Origin: Antedon mediterranea
Lineage: Eukaryota; Animalia; Echinodermata
Length of the DNA stretch: 64,000 nt
NCBI RefSeq assembly: GCF_964355755.1
Contig: NC_092676.1
Location: forward strand, 5,495,888-5,559,887
Direction of reading: 5' to 3'
Under the pieces are notes generated by a model. That model was not told where the DNA came from. It worked only from the letters and a program-made list of their open reading frames with translations, and did no database searches. The position numbers and the translations under genes were made by a program. Positions 1-12,500 of this stretch are shown one piece after another (the stretch's first letter is position 1; each line of letters begins with the position of its first letter).

Positions 1-240
1 CTATATCTAATGTAACTAGACACACCCAGCCTCACTCTACCTATATCTAATGGAACTAGACATACCCAGCCTCACTCTACCTATATCTAATGTAACTAGA
101 CACACCCAGCCTCACTCTACCTATATCTAATTAAACTAGACACACCCAGCCTCACTCTACCTATATCTAATGAAACTAGACACACCCAGCCTCACTCTAC
201 CTATATCTAATGTAACTAGATACACCCAGCCTCACTCTAC
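1..240. repeat. 40-bp minisatellite, 6 copies (may continue upstream of the window)
   Basis: Unit ctatatctaatgtaactagacacacccagcctcactctac repeated at 40-bp period with few substitutions. Confidence 0.95.
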
Positions 241-581
241 AAATCATGGATGAATTTGGTTGTACAGTATACATCATGACGTCGTAGTCAGTAAAACAGA
301 GTTCAGCTTATTATTCCATTTCAACAATCCTAGTTAACTAGTCCATGTGTTTTATAAATCTTGTGCTTATTACATGAATATTATATAATATCAATATAGT
401 ATTAAGTATTAACAATTGTATTAATGCATCCGGTGATGTACTTCATCTAAATGTTTAATAATTAAAAGCAATATCTACAGGTAAATGAAGATAGTAACAA
501 AGTGTATTGTTCGTATACTGAACTAACTCGCAGAAGTAAAGTTTATTAAATTAATTTTTACGGGTGAATTAAGTTAAGAAG

Positions 582-3500
582 ATGTTCATCTTAAGAGGAA
601 TCATACTACTGTTTTATATTGCTATATTGATTGCATTGTTATTTTCTCGCTGTTTTAGTATCAGCTTCACTGACGTTAACGTTACCGATCGTGTCACCGA
701 TTCCGTTATCGATCATGTTGCCTACCCGGTTACCGAGACCAATCATGTTACCGATCATGATATGACCGATTCTGATATTGATCCTGTTACCTATACAGTT
801 ACCGATACCAATCCTGTTACGGATCCTGTCACTTTTCCGGTTGTCAAGACCAATCCTGTTACCCTTCCCGGTATGATTGCTTTACTTTTTAAATTTCATT
901 ATGAATTTATTAATTAAGAATATGCGTATACTATAACTATACAGTATTATCACTAAATTTGATGGACATGTTATATTGATGACGTAGCCTATCTTTGAAC
1001 CGTAGACGTTACTAAAAAAAAGAACGAAACTAAAGAACTGAAAACATCAAAAGCACTCTCTTGTACACTTTTAAATAACGTTTATTTTTACGTTGACTTT
1101 ACTGTACCTTAATTTGTTAGCCGATTAATTTTTATTGTAATTAATTGGACTTTCACAGCTAGACATGTCTGACTAAAGACTGAAGATTGCATTTGTAACA
1201 ATAAATATTTGTTTTAATGATATTTTCCCCTTTTTCCTTTCATGCCTACAACGGCGCAGATCCGTTTTTAATAGTGGGGGCGAGGGAGAGGACGTATACA
1301 AAATTAAATACTTCGCAATCGATTTCTGAGCACATAAAAATTGTCACGATTTTGTCTCTTTGTCTACGATCTATGTTGTATAATAATACTTTTATTTTTC
1401 GGTTTAATTTATGAGCATGTCAATGTGATACATTCTACGTGAAAAAGTCGAGCTAATGTTTTTGATTTGTCCGACCTTGAATGTAAAAAGTAAAAAAAAA
1501 TTAGGCCTAATGGTCGATGAACAAAGTTAATCGAACATGACACGCCACACAAACTTCATTTTTGCTACTCGGAGACTGCGGCAATTAACAAACTCATAGA
1601 ATAATAAATAAAGACGCATACAACATAAGTTCTGGCTTAAAGAGTTTAATTAGTAAATGAACATTCGCCCATGTAAAACTGCACATAAAGTTCATAAGCA
1701 AAGTTTTAAAGCAATAATTCTAAGTAAGCACAACAGGGATGCTCAGAGAAAAATAGCCCGCGGCAGGTGCCAAGGCACCGCCAAGAGCAGGCTTGGAAAT
1801 TTTAGATATGACAACATACAAGAAGTTCAAGTACTGTAAATGGTAACAACTGTATAATATAATTTATGTCTATAGCAATATCATAATCAACGTTATAAAA
1901 TTAAACTTTTTCGTTTTGATCTGGAGTAGACAAAACATTGCCTTTACAGTACGTTCCACCGTACCGCCGCATTCCGCAATCGCCCAGTTCGCGCTAATGC
2001 GGATTGAAGCGGCGCTAATGCGGATCGAAGCGGCACTAAACATGCCGAAACACAATACCGCAGGTAGATTCAAGGAGCCGCCGCCCGGAAGAATACAATC
2101 ATTAACAAAGTTTTTAGGCACTGGTCCTGATGGGCCACTGGTTATATTCACACAAAATCTATTCTTTTTAGGTATTCTATTTTCTGAAAATAATTTTCAA
2201 TAATTTAATGATTTTGCTGTTGAAAAGTGAAGGGACAATCCCCACTAAAAAATAAAGGGGGGAGGGGTGAGGGTACATCTCCCCTCGTACCCCCAGGATC
2301 TGCGCCGGTGCCTTCCTAACGTATCTCCGAATTGTCTTTTTCTTTACAAAAGCAGAATGTCCAGTCTACTGCTATTGTAAAGTGTTGCCTACTGCCGGTC
2401 ACAGAGTACGATGTAATCCTCCATTGAGTATTAATAACATCTCAACTATCAACAAGTATAATAATCTTGTTCCAATAACAGAATTGTAAGTATATGGTTA
2501 TTGTGAGGCTAACTATCTAACTATAAAATCTACAATATAACTTTAAAATATGTAATTGTTGTACATCATTATTATTAGTACCTTTGATTAAAATTCAATA
2601 CAAATTTGAAATAATAATAATAATTACCACCACACCAGGTCATCCACACCAATCATGATCACCTTTCTGTATTACTATTTGTGCAGCGAGAAAAACAAAA
2701 CGTAAATGTGCAGGTGTACTCATTTCATAATATAGTAACATGCACACAAATGCTAACAGTTTTTTTTCAGTCAGTAAGCCTATAAAGTTTTCAACAAGTT
2801 CTTAATGAAAAATGTTCAATATTTACCTAACAGCTTGAATATTGTAATTTTACTGTATTGTAGTTTTTACTTTGAGACAGAGGATCGTACATAACTACAA
2901 ATAATAAATACAAATTATATAATGTAAATACCTGATACTAGGGCTCACTTATATAAGATTCTGTCTCCACACGGAGTATTAAAGGTGTACAACAACGTTA
3001 ATACAACGTATCGCCTATTGTGCACAACTTTAATACCTGAACAGTGACTACAACAAACCGTAAATAGCCTAAATTACATATCAATTTATAAAGGTGCGAT
3101 GTACATACATAACACCTGGATCTTGATCATAATAATTTCGTTGTTTAATTTGTTTGAAAATAAACAATGTTTGGTAGTAAAAGTTGACATATCGAACAGC
3201 TTGAATATTGTAATGGCTACTGTACATTGTTTTTATTTTGAAGGAATTTGTACAATAACCAAATAAGTACATTGCCAGCCAATGTATTTGATAGATTGAC
3301 AGCACTGACAACACTGTAAGTATTTTGATTTGAAAGTTGAATGCTCAATGTTTACCAAACAGCTTGAATATTGTAATTTTACTGTATTGTAGCTTTCACT
3401 TTGAGAGGATTCGTACTAAAACCGAATAAGTATTTGATAGTAGTTTGACAGTATTAAACCTGTTGTTCTACATTTTAAACGCTGAAAAAACGACAGAAGA

Positions 3501-6500
3501 ATAGATTCTCTTTCTTGAGCTATACTCGTTCACTTTATTTCTATCCATCCGTTCATCCGGTAAACTAAAATACAAACAGAGAAACAATTGACACGGCGCA
3601 ATGAAGCATGTCCCTATCGTATACTATACGGCCTAACATACATAAATCGCCGTTAACATGGCATACTATCATCATTATGTCTATCAAACATAACTAACTA
3701 AAAAATAATTAATAAATAAAAATTGTATCATGTAAATACCTGATACTAGGGCTCACTTATATAAGATTCTGTTTCCACACGGAGTATTAAAGGTGTACAA
3801 CAACGTTAATACAACGTGTCGCCTATTGTGCACAACTTTAATACCTGAACAGTGACTACAACAAACCGTAAATAGCCTAATTTACATATCAAGGTATCAA
3901 GGTACGATGTACATACACAACACCTGTATCTTGATCATAATAATTTTGTTATTTAATTTGTTTGAAAATAAACAATGTTTGGTAGTAAAAGTTGACATAT
4001 CAAACTGCTTGAATATTGTAATGTTATTGTACATTGTTTTTACTTTGAAGGTATTTGTACAACAACCAAATGAGTACATTGCCAGCCAATGTATTTGATA
4101 GATTGACAGCACTGACAACACTGTAAGTATTTTGATCATATTAATTTTTTGTTTAATTTGGTTTAAAAATAAAAATTAAAAATAATGAATATAATAATGT
4201 ATATTATGCTTTGTATCATTTAATAAAACCACTTATAAGCATTAGTAAAATATTTAATATTAACAAATTATGATACCAAATATTTAGACTTTGCTTTAGA
4301 AATTATGTCTATGAGAATAGCACTTTCTTATTAGTACAATAAATTTTTGCCTAATTAAGTATACTCATCAGCATTCACTATGTTGATAATGTCCCTATCA
4401 TTGACTGAAATAATATAAAAATAATTTAAAATGTATAAAAAAAATAAAAATTGATGTATCGAACATCTTGAATATTGTAATTGTTACTGTACATTGTTTT
4501 TACTTTGAAGGGGTTTGAGTTATAACCAAATAAGTACATTGCCAGCCAATGTATTTGATAGATTGACAGCACTGACAACACTGTAAGTATTTTGATCATA
4601 TTAATTTTTTTGTTTAATTTGGTTTAAAAATAAAAATTAAAAATAATGAATATAATAATGTATATTATTCTTTGTATCATTTAATAAAACCTCTTATAAG
4701 AATTAGTAAAATATTTAATATTAACAAATTATGATACCAATTATTTAGACTTTGCTTTAGAAATTATGTCTATGAGAATAGCACTTTCTTATTAGTACAA
4801 TAAATTTTTGCCTAATTAAGTATACTCATCAGCATTCACTATGTTGATAATGTCCCTATCATTGACTGAAATAATATAAAAATAATTTAAAATGTATAAA
4901 AAAAATAAAAATTGATGTATCGAACATCTTGAATATTGTAATTGTTATTGTACATTGTTTTTACTTTGAAGGGGTTTGAGTTATAACCAAATAAGTACAT
5001 TGCCAGCCAATGTATTTGATAGATTGACAGCACTGACAACACTGTAAGTATTTTGATCATATTAATTTTTTTGTTTAATTTGGTTTAAAAATAAAAATTA
5101 AAAATAATGAATATAATAATGTATATTATTCTTTGTATCATTTAATAAAACCTCTTATAAGAATTAGTAAAATATTTAATATTAACAAATTATGATACCA
5201 ATTATTTAGACTTTGCTTTAGAAATTATATCTATGAGAATAGCACTTTCTTATTAATATAATTTATTTTTGCCTGATTAAAGTATACTCATCAGCATTTA
5301 CAATGTAATGTCCCTATCATTGACTGAAATACTATAAAAATAATTTAAAATGTATAAAAAAAATAAAAATTGATGTATCGAACACCTTGAATATTGTAAT
5401 TGTTACTGTACATTGATTTTACTTTGAAGGTATTTGGGGGTGGGGGAGTGGGAGGCCACGAAGGAACAAAATAAGTACATTGGCAGCCAATGTATTTGAT
5501 AGATTGACAGCACTGACAGAACTTTAATTATTCTTGCTCTTTTAATTTGTTTAATTAGTTATTAAAAATAATTAATAAAATAATGTATAATAATAAATAT
5601 TATACATTGTATCATTGTATAATGTAATCAATACATACAGAGTTTAAAAACCACTTAGCATTAGTAAAATATTCAATCATTAGGCCGATCAATAAATTAT
5701 TAAAAAAAATATTTAATACTGTTTTTCAGTCAGTACACCTATACAGTTTTCATCAATTTCTTAATGAAAAATGTGAATGTTCAATGTTTACCAAACAGCT
5801 TGAATATTGTAATTTTACTGTATTGTAGTTTTTACTTTGAGGGGATTCGTACAAAAACCGAATAAGTATTTGATAGTAGTTTGACAGTATTAAACCTGTT
5901 GTTCTGAAGTTTAAACGCTGAAAAAACGACAGAAGAATAGATTCTCTTTCTTGAGCTATACTCGTTCACTTTATTTCTATCCATCCGTTCATCCGGTAAA
6001 CTAAAATACAAACAGAGAAACAATTGACACGGCGCAATGAAGCATGTCCCTAACGTATACTATACGGCCTAACATACATAAATCGCCGTTAACATGGGCA
6101 TACTATCATCATTATGTATATCAAACATAACTAACTCAAAAATAATTAATAAATACAAATTATATAATGTAAGTACCTGATACTAGGGCTCACTTAACAA
6201 GATTATGTCTCCACACTGAGCATTAAAGGTGTACAACAACGTTAATACAACGTATCGCCTATTGTGTACAACTTTGATACCATGAACAGAGACTACAACA
6301 AACCGTAGCCTAAATTACTTATCAAGGTATAAAGGTGCGATGTACATACATAACACCTGGATCTTGATCATAATAATTGTGTTGTTTAATTTGTTTGAAA
6401 ATAAACAATGTTTGGTAGTAAAAGTTGACATATCGAACAGCTTGAATATTGTAATTGCTACTGTACATTGTTTTTACTTTGAAGGGATTTGGGCCGTGAC

Positions 6501-9500
6501 GAAATAAGTAAATTGCCAGCCAATGTATTTGATAGATTGACAGCACTGACAGAACTGTAAGTATTTTACTCATATTAATTTCTTTGTTTAATTTGGTTTA
6601 AAAATAAAAATTAAAAATAATGAATATCATAATGTATATTATGCTTTGTATCATTTAATAAAACCACTTATAAGAATTAGTAAAATATTTAATATTAACA
6701 AATTATGATACCAAATATTTAGAATTTTCTTTAGAAATTATGTCTATGAGAATAGCACTTTCTATTAATATAATTTATTTTTGCCTGATTAAAATATACT
6801 GATCAGCATTTACAATGTAATGTCCCTATCATTGACTTAAATACTATAAAAATAATTTAAAATGTATAAAAAAAATAAAAATTGATGTATCGAACATCTT
6901 GAATATTGTGTACAACTTTGATACCATGAACAGAGACTACAACAAACTGTAAATAGCCTAAATTACTTACCAAGGTATAAAGGTGCGATGTACATACATA
7001 ACACCTGGATCTTGATCATAATAATTATGTTGTTTAATTTGTTTGAAAATAAACAATGTTTGGTAGTAAAAGTTGACATATCGAACAGCTTCAATATTGT
7101 AATTGCTACTGTACATTGTTTTTACTTTGAAGGCATTTGTACGATAACCAAATAACTAAATTGCCAGCCAATGTATTTGATAGATTGACAGCACTGACAA
7201 CATTGTAAGTATTTTACTCATATTAATTTCTTTGTTTAATTTTGTTTAAAAATAAATAATAAAAATACTGAATATAATAATGTATATTATGCTTTGTATC
7301 ATTTAATAAAACCACTTATAAGCATTAGTAAAATATTTAATATTAACAAATTATGATACCAAATATTTAGAATTTTCTTTAGAAATTATATCAATGAGAA
7401 TAGCACTTTCTATTAATATAATTTATTTTTGCTTAATTAAAGTATACTGATCAGCATTTACTATAAAAATATTTCAAAATGTATATGAAAAATACAAGTT
7501 TACATATCAAACAGCTTGAATATTGTAATTTCTACTGTACATTGTTCTTACTTTGAAGGGTTTTGAGCGGGAACGACATCCGTACATTGCCAGCCAATGT
7601 ATTTGATAGATTGACAGCACTGAGAGAACTGTAAGTATTTAGATCATATAAATTTCTTTGTTTAATTTGGTTTAAAAATAAAAATTAAAATAATGAATAA
7701 AATAATGTATAGCACTGTAAGTATGCATTTCTTTGTTTAATTAGTTATTAAAAATAAATAATAAAATAATTTATAACAATAAATATTATACATTGTATTA
7801 TTTTGTAATGTAATCAATACATACAGATTTTAAAAACAACTTAGCGTTAGTAAAATATTTATTCATTATCAATACATTCATTTAATTAAAATATTATTAC
7901 TGTAATTGATAGTTTTTAAAGATATTTAATGATAGGCCTAATGGTAATAAATACACAAACATTTTCAAATATATTTTGTCTATAAATATTCCCTAATTAA
8001 AGTACTCATCAGTATTTACTATGTAGATAATTCATTGACTAAACGATTATAAAAAAATTAAATAATAATATAATATAATCAAGATGATGCTCATTTCTTT
8101 CACAAATGCTTTATGGAAATATATTATTAATGTTTATACCTTAACCGTATAATATAAGTTTGTTAATATTATACAGAGGTCTAAATTGTATGTTACTGTT
8201 GTACAAAAACAATAGGAGCTTAATTGTTTAAAGATCCATTATTCATTCATATGATTTATTCATGGTCAAAAAGAGTAAAATAAAGTATTTGAAATTATTT
8301 TCTATTGTTCAAAGTTAAAAATTCACAAACAAATATAAAAATAATTTAAATATTATTAATTAGTCTTAATTTAAACAGGTTAAAAATTATTATATTACTA
8401 AAAATATTAAGATGCACTGCACTCATTGTTAAAATATGCTATAGAAATTGTGTCTATGAGACTTTCCTATTTTAACATTATAAGTATCAAACAGCTTGAA
8501 TATTGACGTTTTACTCTACATGTTTTATACTTTGAAGGTACTTATTTGGTAACCAACTAAGTACATTGCCAACCAATGCCTTTAATGGTTTGACATCGTT
8601 GACAAAACTGTGAGTGTTTTTTGTATGTTTACAATAAAGTTGTTTATAATGTAGATCCAGCAGGGTAATCTATACATTTTACAAGGTGCCTTTTTGTCAT
8701 CTCAGGTATAGGCCTGTTAAGCCAACTCAGTCTGGGCCAAATCGGTTCGACAGACATGATTTTAAAGGCTGGACTAGTTTTGTATAGTCAGACCTGTTTT
8801 GGCCCTGGATCAACTTTGCGTTTTTGCGCAATTATGCATACTTACACTTCATTCACCACTGTACTGTTAAGCAGAATACATTTTACTTACCCGTTTTGGT
8901 ACTTTTTAAAATTATTTGTTCATCGCTATGTACATGTGGAAACTAAATACTTTTCAATAGTTGCAAATATTATCAAATTTGATCATGACAATTTATTAAG
9001 TTGATAATAATATAAAAACATTAGTTATATATAAATACAAATAAAAACAGACCATTATTAACATGGGTCCTAGTTAAAAGTAATACTTGCCTCATTAAAT
9101 TCAATATGAAAAATAAAGTTGATTTATCTATCAAACAGAATGGATATTTTAATTCACTTTCTATGCATTTTCTTTAAAGGATATTTCACTGTGAACAAGA
9201 TATTACCGGGGCTAGTTGCCAGTAAGTATTTTGTGCATACATTTATGAATTTTTCGATTAATATGTGACTATAATGTAAATATCCATGAAATTATTATAT
9301 CATACAGTTGTTTAAAATTCAATTCAATTGTGATATTGGTACTAATCAACTGTTAGCTTTCTCTAAAAGTTTGTATATTTTTATACCAATTTAAACACAG
9401 GGCTATAAATAATGTCACCAAAAAATAAACTTATAGATTTTGCACCCAAGCGCCACACTCTGCATCCGCCCCTGCCAATACATTGTTAGTATTATTTTTG

Positions 9501-12500
9501 TTAATAATAACAAATGATAATACAGTACAGTATGCAACAGGAATCGGATTATAAACATTGTCACGATATTTTAAATAATCATGTTTTTAGGATGTTCACT
9601 TAATTTGTATTTTTGATTGCAAAAATATAGTTTATAATTTACTTCATACTGTGCATTCTTTTTCAAGTGAAACAAATCAAATAAGTACATTGGAAGCCAA
9701 TGCATTTAATGGTTTGAAAGCATTGCAAAAGCTGTGAGTATTTGTTCTTTCAATTTGTTTTTACTGGTATACACACTTTTATTTCAGAATGTTTGTGAAA
9801 TAATTTTCCAGATCAAAAATACACTTTTATCATTCATCAACTTGGTGTAGTACTGTAAATCTCAGTTCTCCAAATATAAATCAGTCAATATTTGTTTTAT
9901 AATATACAGATACCTAATACATAGATTATAGTATGTGGCTTATTTTGTCTCATAAAACTTGCTTCATCCATTAACTCAAAGTAACCTACAGTACTTCAGT
10001 CATGTCTGTTTATCTTGTGCTCTTTGAATTATAAATGTAGTCAAATGGCCAATCTTAGCTGTTTTATAAATTGCAGTTACCTTTTATATACACACAGCAC
10101 CAGCAAAGTAACAGGCCTAGAAAACAAAACAAAACAAATTAAAAATAAAAGATCTTTTTTCCTGGAAGATTTATGAATTCTCAATTATGTTTATGTCCCA
10201 TAATGATAGTTGAACTATCATCTGCTTTTGACCAATCAGAAGACTTGAATCTTTGAATGTGATATATAATAAATAAATAAAATAAGCAGAAAATATATTT
10301 CTACATTCTTTCCTTCTTCGGAGTGACACAAGTGAAACCAATAGATTGTGATAATTTGATCTTGAGAATAGTTATTTAAAAGAAAAAAATCAATTTTGTA
10401 ATTATTTTATAATACTTTCATTGATTTACCTTGAAGGTGGTTGACCGATTTCAAGATAAGTACATTGCCAACCAATGCCTTTAATGGTTTGACATCGTTG
10501 AAAGAATTGTGAGTGTTTTTATGTTCATGTTTATACCGTAAAGTTTTCCATAATTTAGATTTAGCAGTGTTCAGCTAGCTTTTAAAAACATATTGTGCCC
10601 ATGAGGATAACTCTTTCCTTATTTTAACATATCAAACAGTTGAATTTTGAATTTTTACTGTACATGTTCTATACTTTAAAGGCGTTTAGATGGTAACCAA
10701 CTAAGTACATTGTCAACTAATGTCTTTAATGGTTTGACATCGTTGACAGAACTGTGAGTGTTTTTTCATGTTTACCATAAAGTTGTTTATAATGCACATC
10801 CAGTAGAGTAATCTATACATCTTTTTACCTTTTTTTAGTCGCGTGCAAACGTGACTCTACAGCTCACTATGTCAGTGGGTCAAATTTGAGTACGTGAAAG
10901 GCCTTTTGGGAGGTTCGTGTGATCTCCAGTTAGCCTATCATTTCCAAAATTACTGTAAAAATTATATTCATTGTCATTTAGGTAGTTGGTTATGGGATTA
11001 TAAATACAAAAAAGATACCTTTATTGTCAAATAATGTGCATCTGTTTATGGACGATGTATTTGTGTTTGACACTGCTTAAATTTAAAAGCATTCAGGCTT
11101 TTGACAATAATTTAAAGTTATATAAAAAAGAAAGTAGGAAGTGACAGTTTGGCTTCTGTAACTATAAATTTAAAATTACCAGGATTTTAACATTGTTAAT
11201 GGTTTCTGTAAATGTTTAGATATAGAAATTTGAACATATATTATAATTATGTCTAAATGGATGTGGAAATTGCATAATTTAACTTTTGAAAATTATTTAT
11301 AAGGTCTATTTCGTAGTGTCATCTCCATATACTTTCAGTACGTCTACTATCTACTTAGAAGCAGGAATGCTTATTTATTTTGAATGTCAATTATGTTGCA
11401 AATACAATGTATCCATTCATAAAGTGATTTTGTATTACTAACGGTAGTTATTTATTTTCAATAAAGCTAATATCTAATTTATCTTTTTTACAGGAATTTA
11501 GATAACAACATTATAACTACCATAGACCCAGATGCATTTTCTTCTGTTGCTTCATCACTTTCAATTTTGTAAGTTAACATTATGTTATTTTGCATGTCTA
11601 TAACACATACTTAGGCTTAAAAAAATGTTCCTTTGCTGTCATCCGCCCTCCCCTTAATTATCGAAAAAAAAAAATTAGAGACGGACAAAAAAGGAGTTAT
11701 TTTTTTCGTTGAGGGCGCTTACGCAATAAAATCTTTACTACTAGTTATCGATCCGTACCTGAGGATACTTGACTCCATTACAATTGCAATATAGTGCAAT
11801 GTGTATTTATTAAGAAATGCTAGTGTTAGTGGTTATTAAATATTAAATAATGAAGGAAAGGGTGAAACAAACATTAAGTTCTAGAAAAAAAGTTGATGAA
11901 TGGAAAACCACCTTACAGTTAAAAGATGATATTGTTGGCAACTCTGATAATTCTTGTACATTTGTGCTATGTTAACAATGTTTAACTTATTTTGAATTTG
12001 TTGTTTTTTAGAAAGCTAAGAGGCAACAAGTTACAGGTGTACAGAGATAGAACATTTCAGCAACTCATAGGCTTAAAAGAATTGTAAGTAATGATAGATC
12101 CCACACAATTTTACATAGTTTAGGTTCAAGACTGTGTTTCGGCTTAATATTAGTAAAAAGAGAAATATTTTGGCACATATAGCATTTCATAGGCATACTA
12201 GTTGAGCTTAAAACACCGACTGGTGGGCTGACATAAAAAAAGACAAGACTAACAGACTTTAGACAAGTCTAAATTTTACAGATACGTCTGTGTAAAGTAT
12301 GAATGTGATTTTCTGCAACTCCAGTGATTTATTAACTTAATAGGCATTTTGATAATGATGATATAGTTGGAGGTATAATTTTTGTTGATTATGTTTAATT
12401 AGAAATATCCTAATATTTCATTAAATTTCAATTAAACAGAATTAACTGAATAAGATAACTAAGTGATTCTGGTAAATATTTTATTTATATAAATTATTGG

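Larger units (their letters stand above)
2755..7900 (+). repeat. Mosaic of tandem intron+exon duplications carrying the LRR exons
   Basis: Period of about 460 bp at 4051/4511/4972/5430. Larger blocks 2930-3315, 3735-4122 and 6170-6556 match each other, as do 3346-3720 and 5780-6160. Confidence 0.92.

Noticed and set aside
3081-6573. Repeated minus-strand ORFs (…SVLSIYQIHWLA…)
   Set aside because: They are antisense shadows of the duplicated + strand LRR exons and introns.
3244-7630. CRISPR-like pattern of an invariant 38-nt repeat
   Set aside because: The repeats are coding cores of spliceosomal exons, the spacers are homologous introns, and there are no cas genes.
3244-7630. True VLR orthology or somatic cassette assembly
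   Set aside because: The cassettes have working splice sites inside a complete GPCR gene, and similarity to the VLR consensus is expected for typical 24-aa LRRs. Nothing here shows somatic rearrangement.
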